This document shows, piece after piece, positions 17,415-26,542 of a stretch of 64,000 bases of DNA. The notes below the pieces were generated by a model. It saw only the letters and a list, made by a program, of their open reading frames with translations, had not been told where the DNA came from and searched no databases. The first letter of the stretch is position 1. Every line of letters starts with the position of its first letter. A program made the translations under genes and the position numbers. Location of the stretch: NCBI GenBank assembly GCA_029547045.1, contig JAKPQL010000083.1, forward strand, positions 3,425-67,424. Direction: 5' to 3'. Origin of the DNA: Deltaproteobacteria bacterium (GTDB lineage: Bacteria; Desulfobacterota; Desulfomonilia; UBA1062).

Positions 17415-18373
17415 TCGCACGCGCCTTCAGCGCTGCCCAGTACTGGGGAACGCGCTTCATGATACGGCTCATCCGCACCGCCCCCTACCATGCCGCCATT
17501 GCCCTGGGTCGCCTCGTGGGGGTCCTCCTGTTCGCCTGCATGCCGCTGCGCAGGAAGCTCGTAATGGTGCAGATGGAGGCCGCCCTGGGCACGCCGGACA
17601 CCTTCCGGCTCGCCCTGAAGGTCTTCATGAACCAGGGCGAGATCCTGGTGGACACCGTGCGGTACGCGTACATGGACGACGCAGAGATCAGGAACAGGAT
17701 CAGGGTGGAGGGCAAAGAGCACCTGGAAGAGGCCCTCGGGAGGGGCGCGGGCGTCATGATGATCACCGGCCACATCGGCAACTGGGAAATCCTCTCCCAC
17801 CTGCCCCGGCTCCTGGGCATTCAGTTCTGCGTCATGGCGGACAGGCGCAAGGACGCACGGCTCGAGTCGCTCATCGACGATATCCGCGCGAAGAGTGGCG
17901 CCACCATCCTGCCGCCCAAGGGCAAGGCCCTCATGCTCATCCGGGAACTGAAGAAAGGAAACACCATCGGCATGGTCGTGGACCAGAAGGGAAGCCGGTC
18001 CGGAGGGATCTTCTGCGACTTTCTCGGCATGCCCGCGCCCACCAACCCTGCACCCGCCCTCATCGCCATCAAGGGGGGCGCCCTCGTGCTGCCGGTGTGC
18101 GCCCTCAGGGAGCGCTCCGGGTTCCTCGTGCGCTTTTTCCCGGCCATGGACGCAGCGGCCTTCGGCCGGGGGCCAGAGGCCATCCATGCACTGAGCCAGC
18201 GCATGCAGTCCTGGGTGGCCGAGGTGGTGAGCCGGCACCCGGACCAGTGGTTCTGGCTGCACAGCAGATGGGTCAAGCGGAAGACCGCCTCGAAGATCAT
18301 CCAAAGCGGCAGGGACTTCCGCGCTTCGGTCATCGACCTCGCCGGACAGACCCGGCAGGAGGGCGCTTCATGA
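17405..18373 (+). CDS. Lipid A late acyltransferase (LpxL/HtrB family), copy 1
   Basis: GHIGNWE (HX4E), VDQ, PDQWFWLHSRW. Confidence 0.85.
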   Translation: MHVIARAFSAAQYWGTRFMIRLIRTAPYHAAIALGRLVGVLLFACMPLRRKLVMVQMEAALGTPDTFRLALKVFMNQGEILVDTVRYAYMDDAEIRNRIRVEGKEHLEEALGRGAGVMMITGHIGNWEILSHLPRLLGIQFCVMADRRKDARLESLIDDIRAKSGATILPPKGKALMLIRELKKGNTIGMVVDQKGSRSGGIFCDFLGMPAPTNPAPALIAIKGGALVLPVCALRERSGFLVRFFPAMDAAAFGRGPEAIHALSQRMQSWVAEVVSRHPDQWFWLHSRWVKRKTASKIIQSGRDFRASVIDLAGQTRQEGAS

Positions 18374-19344
18374 AGGAAGGGATCAAAGACCTGGCCTCCA
18401 GGGCCATGGCTCTCGGTGCCAGGGCCTTCCTGCTCCTCATCCGGGTGCTGCCCTACCCGGCGGCGCTCGCTTTGTTCAGGGGCCTGGCCCTCATTGCCTG
18501 GATGGTCGATGCCTTCCACCGCAACGTGGCCGTCACCCAGATCCGCTCCGCGCTGCCCGCCGAGAATGCGGCCCTGCTGACGCTCAGGGTCTTCACGAAC
18601 CAGGCGGACATCCTGGTGGACACCATCCGGTACGCCTACCTGAGCGATGACGAGATCAGGGCGCGCGTCACGGTGGAGGGCAGGGAGCACCTCGCTAAGG
18701 CGCTGGCCTCGGGCAGGGGGCTCATGATGCTCACCGGCCACGTGGGCAACTGGGAGATCCTCCTGCACCTGCCCCGCATCCTGGGCATAGAGTTCTGCGT
18801 CATGGCGGACAGGCGCAACGACCCCCGGCTGGAGGCCATCGTGAACGAGGTCCGCGCGCTGAGCGGCGCCACCATCCTGCCGCCCACGGGAAAGGCCCTC
18901 ATGCTCATCCGGGAGCTGCGAAAGGGCCGCACCATCGGCATCGTCGCCGACGGCCGGGCCGGCCCCAGGGAGGCAGTGTACTGCGACGTGTTCGGCATGC
19001 CAGCGCCCACCAACCCTGCCCCGGCCTTCATCGCCATCAAGGGGGGCGCCCTGGTGCTGCCGGTGTGCGCCCACAAGATCGGCGGCACCTACCGCATCAG
19101 GTTCGCGGAACCCTTCGACGCCGCGGCACGGGGCACGAAAGACGAGGCCGTGCGGGACCTGAGCGCACGCATGCAGTCATGGGTGGAATCCATGGTGCGC
19201 GAGCACCCCCACCAGTGGTTCTGGCTGTACAGCCGCTGGGTGAACCGCTCCGACATGAGGGATATCATCAGGCAGGGGAAAGGACTCAGGGAATTCCTGA
19301 TGCACCGGGGCATGAACCCTGACGGACCGCATCTGACATCTTGA
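18370..19344 (+). CDS. Lipid A late acyltransferase (LpxL/HtrB family), copy 2
   Basis: GHVGNWE, PHQWFWLYSRW. Tandem paralogue of the previous gene. Confidence 0.85.
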   Translation: MKEGIKDLASRAMALGARAFLLLIRVLPYPAALALFRGLALIAWMVDAFHRNVAVTQIRSALPAENAALLTLRVFTNQADILVDTIRYAYLSDDEIRARVTVEGREHLAKALASGRGLMMLTGHVGNWEILLHLPRILGIEFCVMADRRNDPRLEAIVNEVRALSGATILPPTGKALMLIRELRKGRTIGIVADGRAGPREAVYCDVFGMPAPTNPAPAFIAIKGGALVLPVCAHKIGGTYRIRFAEPFDAAARGTKDEAVRDLSARMQSWVESMVREHPHQWFWLYSRWVNRSDMRDIIRQGKGLREFLMHRGMNPDGPHLTS

Positions 19345-19392
19345 CTTTTCCGTGCGCTCCCCGGTATACCTAGGAGGCTCCGGTCAGGACAG

Positions 19393-19467
19393 GGCGGCAT
19401 AGCCAAGTGGTAAGGCGACGGTCTGCAAAACCGTTATTCACCGGTTCAAATCCGGTTGCCGCCTCCA
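19393..19467 (+). tRNA. tRNA-Cys(GCA)
   Basis: GGCGGCA/TGCCGCC acceptor stem, anticodon loop CTGCAAA, GGTTCAAATCC, encoded CCA. Confidence 0.95.
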
Positions 19468-19545
19468 TTCTTCACTCTCCTGCAAGAGTCATTGTCGTTG
19501 ACACGCACCATGGGACTGTGGCACGAATCAGATCGGAGGTGCCAC

Positions 19546-19962
19546 ATGTCGGAACTCGTACGGTTCGGCGTTTCCCTGGAAAAGGGCCTGCTCCACCGGT
19601 TCGATGACCTCATAGAAAGTCGCGGGTACGCCACCCGCTCCGAGGCGCTGCGCGACCTCATCCGCCAGGAACTGGTGAAGCAGGAGTGGGAGAACGACCA
19701 GGAGGTGGCGGGCACCATCACCTTCATCTACGACCACCACCAGCGGGGGCTCTCGAGCCGGCTCACCGACATCCAGCACGACCACCAGGACATCATCATC
19801 TCCACCCAGCACATCCACCTCGACCACCACAACTGCCTGGAGATCGTGGCGGTCAGGGGCAGGGCCAGCGGGGTGCAGGAGCTCGCAGATTCGCTGCGGT
19901 CCGTCAAGGGCGTGCGGCACGGCGCGCTCAGCATGACCAGCACCGGCAAGGCCATCGAGTAA
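19546..19962 (+). CDS. nikR: Nickel-responsive regulator NikR
   Basis: RFGVSL, RSEALRDLIR, YDHH, HIHLDHHNCLE. Confidence 0.95.
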   Translation: MSELVRFGVSLEKGLLHRFDDLIESRGYATRSEALRDLIRQELVKQEWENDQEVAGTITFIYDHHQRGLSSRLTDIQHDHQDIIISTQHIHLDHHNCLEIVAVRGRASGVQELADSLRSVKGVRHGALSMTSTGKAIE

Positions 19963-19975
19963 GACCCGGGTTATC

Positions 19976-20034
19976 GTGTCACGAATCTATTATTCGTATT
20001 TTATTTTGACACATTTTATCATTTTGTGTTACTG
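19976..20034 (+). promoter_or_regulatory. sigma70 promoter overlapped by candidate NikR half-sites
   Basis: AT-rich gap containing GTGTCAC (19976), TGACAC (20007) and GTGTTAC (20026), plus a TTGACA -35 at 20006. Confidence 0.5.
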
Positions 20035-20064
20035 CAATCTGAAATTCCCGGGAGGTTTCCACCT

Positions 20065-21090
20065 ATGCATATGGCCGATGCGTTATTATCCCCAACGGTG
20101 GGTGGAGTCATGTGGGCAGCTTCAGCCACCGGGATCGCGTACTGCTCGAAAAAGGTGAAGGAGCATCTGGACGAGCGGGCCGTGCCCCTCATGGGGGTGC
20201 TCGGGGCGTTCGTGTTCGCAGCCCAGATGATCAACTTCACCATCCCCGGCACCGGCTCCAGCGGCCACCTGGGCGGGGGCATGTTACTGGCGATCCTGCT
20301 GGGGCCGCATGCGGCCTTCCTGGTGATTGCCTCGGTCCTGGTGGTGCAGGCCCTGTTTTTTGCCGACGGGGGCCTGCTGGCGCTGGGCTGCAACATCTTC
20401 AACCTGGGCTTCTTCCCTGCCTTCATCGGATACCCACTGATCTACCGGAAGATCGTCACCGGCGATGTCACCAGGGCCAAACTCGTCATGGGTTCCACCC
20501 TGGCAGCCGTGGCGAGTCTTCAACTCGGGGCCCTCGGCGTGGTCATCGAGACCCTCGCCTCAGGCATTACAGAACTCCCGTTCTCCACCTTCGTGATGTT
20601 CATGCAACCCATCCACCTGGCCATCGGCCTCGTGGAAGGCATCGTCACCGCAGCGGTGGTTTCCTTTGTCTGGGAGGCGAACCCGGACATGCTCGGGGGA
20701 CTGCAGGGCAAGGCCCCTGCCGGCGTGATGCCGCGGAAGGCTATCCTGGCAGCCCTCCTCGCTGTGGCCGTAATCACCGGCGGGGTCATCTCCTGGTATG
20801 CATCCTCGCATCCCGACGGACTCGAATGGTCCATAGCAAAGGTCTCCGGAAAAGAGGAGCTCGAAAGCCCGGACGGCATCCACTCACAGCTCGCTTCCCT
20901 GCAGGACAAGATCGCATTCCTGCCGGATTACTCATTCAGGAACACCGCCGAAGCCGCAGAGTCTCTGCAGGGGGATGCGTCGTCCAGGCTCGGCACATCG
21001 GTGTCGGGCATCCTCGGGGGCTCCGTCGTTCTGTGCCTCGCCTTCCTGGTGGGGTTCATCCTGAAGAAATTCGCCGTCAAGAATGGCTGA
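20065..21090 (+). CDS. nikM: ECF nickel/cobalt transporter S component NikM/CbiM fused to PDGLE (NikN) domain
   Basis: N-terminal metal-binding MHMAD, SSGHLGG, C-terminal HPDGLEW. Confidence 0.88.
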   Translation: MHMADALLSPTVGGVMWAASATGIAYCSKKVKEHLDERAVPLMGVLGAFVFAAQMINFTIPGTGSSGHLGGGMLLAILLGPHAAFLVIASVLVVQALFFADGGLLALGCNIFNLGFFPAFIGYPLIYRKIVTGDVTRAKLVMGSTLAAVASLQLGALGVVIETLASGITELPFSTFVMFMQPIHLAIGLVEGIVTAAVVSFVWEANPDMLGGLQGKAPAGVMPRKAILAALLAVAVITGGVISWYASSHPDGLEWSIAKVSGKEELESPDGIHSQLASLQDKIAFLPDYSFRNTAEAAESLQGDASSRLGTSVSGILGGSVVLCLAFLVGFILKKFAVKNG

Positions 21091-21102
21091 TGGAACCATA
21101 CC

Positions 21103-21915
21103 GTGTCCGAGATCGCGCGTTCGCTCCATGAACTGAATGCCATGGACACCCTGGCCGGAAAGGACAGCCCTGTCCACCGCATCGACCCCAGGGCCAAAGT
21201 GATCACCTTTGTGGTTTTCGCAGGGTGCGTGGTCTCGTTCCGGAAATACGAGGTTTCGGCCCTCCTCCCCTATTTTCTCTTTCCAGCGGTCATCCTGCCC
21301 CTGGGACGCATACCGATGGGGTTTCTCGCCCGGAAGGTCCTGCTCGTGCTCCCCATCGCCGTGCTCATCGGGATCTTCAACCCCATCTTTGACCGGACAG
21401 TGCTCTTTTCCGTGGCCGGCCTGGGCGTGAGCGGAGGAATGGTGTCTTTCACCTCCATCCTCCTGCGGTTCGTTCTCACCGTGGTCGCAGCGCTCATGCT
21501 CGTCGCCGTGACGGGTTTCAACGGTATCTGTGCGACCCTGGAACGCTTCGGCGTACCCAGAGCCTTCAGCGTACAACTCATGATGCTCTATCGATACCTG
21601 TTCGTACTCACGGCAGAGGGTGTCCGCATGAGCCGCGCCCGGGAGCTCCGCTCGGTCGGCAGGGCCGGAACGGGCCTGAGGGACTTCAGCGCTCTGATCG
21701 GCCACCTCCTGCTGCGTACCTGGCACCGGGCCCAGCGCATCCACATGGCCATGCTCTCCCGGTGCTTCAGGGGGGAGTTCTTCCTGAGGAGACCGATGAG
21801 GCTGGGCAGCGCCGACATCGTATTCACCCTCGCATGGTCCTCGGCCTTCATTGTCATGCGCCTTGTCAACATGCCACAGGCTGTGGGACGGTTCCTCCTG
21901 GAGGTGTTCCCATAA
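21103..21915 (+). CDS. nikQ: ECF transporter T component NikQ/CbiQ
   Basis: SPVHRIDPRAK, YRYLFVL, RAQRIHMAMLSR. Confidence 0.88.
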   Translation: MSEIARSLHELNAMDTLAGKDSPVHRIDPRAKVITFVVFAGCVVSFRKYEVSALLPYFLFPAVILPLGRIPMGFLARKVLLVLPIAVLIGIFNPIFDRTVLFSVAGLGVSGGMVSFTSILLRFVLTVVAALMLVAVTGFNGICATLERFGVPRAFSVQLMMLYRYLFVLTAEGVRMSRARELRSVGRAGTGLRDFSALIGHLLLRTWHRAQRIHMAMLSRCFRGEFFLRRPMRLGSADIVFTLAWSSAFIVMRLVNMPQAVGRFLLEVFP

Positions 21916-22676
21916 GCCATCACATTGTCGAACTGAAGGGGCTGTCTCACGTGTATCCTGACGGGACAGAAGCGCTCTCGGACATCAGCATCCGTATAAC
22001 CCACGGCGAGTCCGTTGCCGTCGTGGGGGCCAACGGCGCGGGTAAGTCGACACTGCTCCTCCACCTCAACGGTTTTCTGAAGCCATCCTCGGGCAGCGTG
22101 CGCATCGGGGATTACCCCCTCACAAAGGAAACCCTTCAGGAAGTCAGACGAACCGTGGGCATGATCTTCCAGGACCCCGACGACCAGCTCTTTATGTCCA
22201 CCATCCAGGAAGACGTGGCCTTCGGACCGTTCAACCTCGGCCTGCCCCGTGACGAGGTCGATCAGAGGGTGGCTGATGCCCTCGAGCGCATGGGCATCAA
22301 CCATCTCAGGGACAAGCCGCCCTTCAGGCTCTCCGCCGGAGAGAAGCGCCGCGCCGCCATCGCAACGGTCCTATCCATGACCCCGGACATCATGGTGCTC
22401 GACGAGCCCACCACCGGCCTCGATCCCCTCGGCAGAAGGCAGATCATCACCATCCTGAGGGAGTTCACCCACACCAAGATCATCGCCACCCATGATCTGG
22501 ACCTGGTCCTTGACCTCTGCGCCAGGACCATCGTGCTCCATCAGGGCCGGATATGGGCCGACGGGCAGACTTGTGACATCTTCCGGGATGAGGCGCTCCT
22601 TCATGAATGCCATCTTGAGAAACCCTTGTCTATGCAGGGGTGCCCGGTATGCTCCGCAGGGACTCCTGAGGATTGA
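21912..22676 (+). CDS. nikO: ECF transporter ATPase NikO/CbiO; probable ATA start
   Basis: (I)SHHIVELKGLSHVYPDG, GANGAGKST, FQDPDDQLF, LSAGEKRR, LDEPT. GGAGGTG RBS before ATA at 21912. Confidence 0.88.
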   Translation: MSHHIVELKGLSHVYPDGTEALSDISIRITHGESVAVVGANGAGKSTLLLHLNGFLKPSSGSVRIGDYPLTKETLQEVRRTVGMIFQDPDDQLFMSTIQEDVAFGPFNLGLPRDEVDQRVADALERMGINHLRDKPPFRLSAGEKRRAAIATVLSMTPDIMVLDEPTTGLDPLGRRQIITILREFTHTKIIATHDLDLVLDLCARTIVLHQGRIWADGQTCDIFRDEALLHECHLEKPLSMQGCPVCSAGTPED

Positions 22677-22744
22677 AGGACTGGATCCACTCCACCCCCT
22701 GATTTTTCTTGCCTGAAAAAAAAGGTTCGTGGTAACCCGTCAGG

Positions 22745-23797
22745 ATGGACGCATCATCTCGCCGTGAGCCCTTCCGCATGCAGGACAGCGTCCAGGCCCT
22801 GCACAGCAGGCATCTGACATATCGCTGCACATTGGCAACCAGCCGGATATTCCTCGAATGGATCTCCTTCATGGCATGTTTCCTTGCCTGCCTGGGATTG
22901 CCAGTCAATGCAGGGGCGGCCTCGCTCCCCGGAACCGTCAGGGTGGACGGCGTCCTCATGACCGGCAGGACCACGAACACCACCACCTTTGACGGCGGGA
23001 CGAGCAGGCTCAGGTGGCCCATCGACGTGAAGACCCCGGGCCTCGGCATGAACCTGGGGCTCCTGGACTGCATGGACCTTGACCTGAGCGTCGTGGCCGA
23101 GCCGTGGGGGGCGAACAACAGCCCCATGCTCGACTGCGACTACCTGGACGAGGCCGAGTATGCGGGAAGACAGCCCCACGCGGGCGTGGACATCGCATCC
23201 ACCACCGAGCTGGACTCCAAGGCGCTGGTGATGGCCGTGAGCTCCCGCATCTTCCCGGTGCGCAGGGGAGCCCTGTCTGCCGGCATCTCTCTGGGGTACC
23301 GCCACGAGGAGTACGACTACCGGGGGTTCAACACCTCTCAGACCGGCTACGGCCCCTGGGCGTCCAGCTCCGCCGTGGTTGACGGCCCCTCTACGCTCTA
23401 CTCCGTGGACTACGACATATTCTCGGCCGGCATCGCCCTGAAGTCAGCCATCGAGGATGGCATCGAGATCACCTTCGAGGTCTTGGCCCTGCCGTATGTC
23501 TGCGCAAGCGACGAGGACGATCATCTGAGGCGGAACAGGGTCACCCGAACCAGCTCCACGGGCAGCGGCTACCAGACCTCCGTGCGGGGGTCCTTTACCG
23601 TCACGGACCACTGGGTCCTCGCATCGGAGTGCGCCTACGCCCGCATCGCCACGGACGGCCACCAGACCCAGTACTGGTACGGAGACGACCCCGCCACGCC
23701 CGGGTTCAACGATACGGGTTACAGCCTGAGCGGCATTGATGCGGAACTCGACCTGAAGACCTTCCGGGTCGCCATCGGCCTTGAGCGCCGCTTCTAG
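22745..23797 (+). CDS. Omptin-family outer-membrane protease
   Basis: SRLRW, MLDCDYL (DxD), DEDDHLRR (D-x-H), C-terminal Phe. Signal-like segment from ATG at 22871, which is the likelier start. Confidence 0.65.
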   Translation: MDASSRREPFRMQDSVQALHSRHLTYRCTLATSRIFLEWISFMACFLACLGLPVNAGAASLPGTVRVDGVLMTGRTTNTTTFDGGTSRLRWPIDVKTPGLGMNLGLLDCMDLDLSVVAEPWGANNSPMLDCDYLDEAEYAGRQPHAGVDIASTTELDSKALVMAVSSRIFPVRRGALSAGISLGYRHEEYDYRGFNTSQTGYGPWASSSAVVDGPSTLYSVDYDIFSAGIALKSAIEDGIEITFEVLALPYVCASDEDDHLRRNRVTRTSSTGSGYQTSVRGSFTVTDHWVLASECAYARIATDGHQTQYWYGDDPATPGFNDTGYSLSGIDAELDLKTFRVAIGLERRF

Positions 23798-24010
23798 CTG
23801 GAGCGGCGGACTGTGAGCACTCCCCAGCACTCAAACACGGACCCGCCCTGCACCCATCTGCCGCTTGCCCCGGGAGTCTGCGGCATTTATTATAGTTATC
23901 ACCATGGGAGAGCAGCAGAGAACATGTGAAGACCCCCGCGCCGGGAAGAGGGTTACCGGCCGGGCACTTTCCGGTACGGCGCCGAAGATGCACTCGGGAA
24001 AGGAATCGCC

Positions 24011-25036
24011 ATGACCATTGCCCCGGGTATCCGGATCCTCATTATCGGGCCGAATGCCTTCCTGCACAAGAATCTCACCGCCATGCTCGCAAAAATCGGC
24101 TGCACCTCGGTGGAACATACCGATGACGGTCCTTCCGGATGGGAGCTCATAAAGCGGATCAACCCCGGCATCGTCATCGCCCAGTGGGAGATGCCCGAAA
24201 TGAACGGCCTGGCACTGCTCAGGGTCATCCGCTCGGACACCTACTATGCGGATACTCCGGTGGTGCTCTGGACCAACGAGATAACCCGGAGCGACGTCAT
24301 CAAGGCGGGAGAGGCGGGGGTGAATGCCATCCTCGTGGAACCCCTGAGCGTGGATATCCTGGAAAACAAGCTCAGGCTCATCATGGAATTCGACATGAGC
24401 CCGTCCGCAAAGAAGGCCAGGGCCATCCTGGAGAAGGGCGACGCGTACATGAGGGCCGGGGTCTTCGACAGGGCGCTCCAGGAGTACGAGAACGTGCTCA
24501 CCATCCTCGAATCGGCGGAGGTCTACTACAACATCGGCTACATCAAGACCGCCCGGGGCGAATACGACGAGGCCCTGGCGGCCTTCCGGAAGGCCACCCA
24601 GATCAACCAGCTCTTCGCCAAGGCATACCAGGCAATGGCGGAGGTCTACATCAAGATGGGCAACAACGAGATGGCGGAAAAGTACCTCAACATGGCGGGC
24701 GAGATCTTCCTGGAGCGAGACATGCACGACCAGGCGGAGAGCATCTTCAACGAGATCATCTCGCTGAACCCGAACACCACGAACGTGTACAACAGCCTGG
24801 GCATTATCTACCGGAGGCAGAACCGGCACGCCGATGCGGTGAAGGTCTACCAGAAGGCGGTGAAGATCGACCCCGAAGACGAGAACATCCACTTCAACAT
24901 GGGCAGGGCCTACCTGGAGATGGGGCAGAACCACCTGGCCAGGGAATGCTTCATCAGGGCGCTGCGCATCAACCCCGAGTTCGAGACGGCCGCAGCCATG
25001 ATGAAGGCCATCGACGCCCTGGGCAGGACGCCCTGA
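24011..25036 (+). CDS. Atypical receiver domain plus TPR-repeat protein
   Basis: CheY-like fold (WEMPEMNGLALLR) followed by several TPR repeats (VYYNIG, VYNSLG, IHFNMG). Confidence 0.8.
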   Translation: MTIAPGIRILIIGPNAFLHKNLTAMLAKIGCTSVEHTDDGPSGWELIKRINPGIVIAQWEMPEMNGLALLRVIRSDTYYADTPVVLWTNEITRSDVIKAGEAGVNAILVEPLSVDILENKLRLIMEFDMSPSAKKARAILEKGDAYMRAGVFDRALQEYENVLTILESAEVYYNIGYIKTARGEYDEALAAFRKATQINQLFAKAYQAMAEVYIKMGNNEMAEKYLNMAGEIFLERDMHDQAESIFNEIISLNPNTTNVYNSLGIIYRRQNRHADAVKVYQKAVKIDPEDENIHFNMGRAYLEMGQNHLARECFIRALRINPEFETAAAMMKAIDALGRTP

Positions 25037-25048
25037 CACGGCTGATGC

Positions 25049-26269
25049 CTAGGCGTACTTCTTGAGCTCGAACACCTTGCGGTCCTGGGTGGCCACGATG
25101 TGGTAGACCTTGTCCTGGGGCACGTAGATGTAGGGCACGTCGTCCTCGCGCCGGTAGAGGAAGTGCGACAGGATCATGCGGTTGACGGCCCGGTGCCCGA
25201 TGATCATGATGTTGTCGGGCTTCTGGTTCAGGAAGAAGGCCTTCTTGATGCCGATCTTGATCCGCTCCTTCATGGTGGCGTACCCCTCCCCTCCCGGATA
25301 CGCGTAGGTGTACTTGTTCGCCTTGCGGGCCGAGTGGATGTCCGGCTTGAACCGCTGGATCTCGTCATAGGTCATGCCCTCGCAGATGCCGGCATTGATC
25401 TCGTTGAATTCCCTGAGCGGCACGATCTCGCAGTCCTCCTGCTCGGCCCTGATGGCCTCCGCCGTCTGGATGGTGCGTTTCTTCTCGCTGGTGAAGATGT
25501 AGGCGAGCCTCTTCTTCCGGAAGAACCTCCCCAGGGCCCGGGCCTGTTCCCTGCCGCGCTCCGTGAGGTCCGGGTCTCCGCCGATGCGGTCCTCCACGTT
25601 GTACATGCTCTCTGTGTGCCGGATGAGATACAGGCTCTTCACCACGTCCGTGACCAGGCAGTCCCGGATGCGGGAGTACAGGGGCAGCTGGTCCTCGATC
25701 TGCTCGTTCACGATGCGGTTGTGCAGGGAATCCATGAGGATATAGTTCCGCTCCACGTGGAGCGGATTGTAGATCAGGCGGTAGTAGTCGATGCGCTTCT
25801 TGAACTCGGCAACGGCCTGCTCCTGGGTCAGCGAGCCGAACTCGGGCGAACGGACCTTGTGGCGGATGCTCAGGTCCACGATATCCTCGTCGTTGTTGAT
25901 GCACTCGATGTAGAGGATGGGGTGGTCCTGCAGGTGCTCTTCGATGAGCTGCCGACGGGACCGGCTCACGTTGGTGGCGTCCAGGATGGCCACCATGCCC
26001 CTGTTCCTCAAATAGGCCTTGGCCCGCTGGATGTTCATGAGGGCGAAATGCTTCCGCAGGTCCACGGCCTCGGTGTTCTCGGGGTTGTAGAACTCGGACA
26101 TCCACGTTTCGGTGGGGGCGTACCTCCTGCGGAGCTCGCCGTTGTTGTAGATCATGGTGGGGATGTCGTTCTTCTTGAAGATGTCCTGCAGCCGGTACGC
26201 GATGGTGGATTTGCCCTGGGACGGCAGGCCCACCATCACGATATAGAGTTTCTCGTCCTTGATGGTCAT
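25049..26269 (-). CDS. Bifunctional 6-phosphofructo-2-kinase/fructose-2,6-bisphosphatase-like protein
   Basis: Kinase: VMVGLPSQGKST, NNGELRR, ILDATN, FKKRI. His-phosphatase: RHTES, RIGGD, KRTIQTA, NEINAGICEGMTY, YPGGEGY, HRAV. Confidence 0.88.
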   Translation of the reverse strand: MTIKDEKLYIVMVGLPSQGKSTIAYRLQDIFKKNDIPTMIYNNGELRRRYAPTETWMSEFYNPENTEAVDLRKHFALMNIQRAKAYLRNRGMVAILDATNVSRSRRQLIEEHLQDHPILYIECINNDEDIVDLSIRHKVRSPEFGSLTQEQAVAEFKKRIDYYRLIYNPLHVERNYILMDSLHNRIVNEQIEDQLPLYSRIRDCLVTDVVKSLYLIRHTESMYNVEDRIGGDPDLTERGREQARALGRFFRKKRLAYIFTSEKKRTIQTAEAIRAEQEDCEIVPLREFNEINAGICEGMTYDEIQRFKPDIHSARKANKYTYAYPGGEGYATMKERIKIGIKKAFFLNQKPDNIMIIGHRAVNRMILSHFLYRREDDVPYIYVPQDKVYHIVATQDRKVFELKKYA

Positions 26270-26419
26270 TACCTGAAGATACCATCGGCGCAGGTGCAAG
26301 ACAAGGCATTTCCCCCGGCCTCACGGGCCCCTTGAACAAACCTCCGATGCCGGGTCCGCATGCCACCAAAACGGCTCCCGGGCTCCATCCGCCCCTGTTC
26401 AGGACAGGAGAAAAACACC

Positions 26420-26448
26420 TTGACAAGGCCCGGTTCTGTCATTAGAAG
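26420..26448 (+). promoter_or_regulatory. Candidate sigma70 promoter of tRNA pair
   Basis: TTGACA-N17-TAGAAG. The -10 element is weak. Confidence 0.45.
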
Positions 26449-26460
26449 AGCTAAGTACGC

Positions 26461-26534
26461 TGGGGGATCGTCCAATGGTAAGACAGCGGACTCTGACTCC
26501 GTTTATCTAGGTTCGAATCCTAGTCCCCCAGCCA
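26461..26534 (+). tRNA. tRNA-Gln(CTG)
   Basis: TGGGGGA/TCCCCCA acceptor stem, loop CTCTGAC, GGTTCGAATCC, CCA end. Confidence 0.95.
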
Positions 26535-26542
26535 GTGAGTGC

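Noticed and set aside
19963-20064. Cobalamin or NiCo riboswitch before the ECF operon
   Set aside because: Gap is short and AT-rich with no such consensus; NikR control is the simpler explanation.
22716-22723. A8 tract upstream of omptin gene as phase-variation switch
   Set aside because: Short tract, and the flanking promoter elements are too weak to support it.
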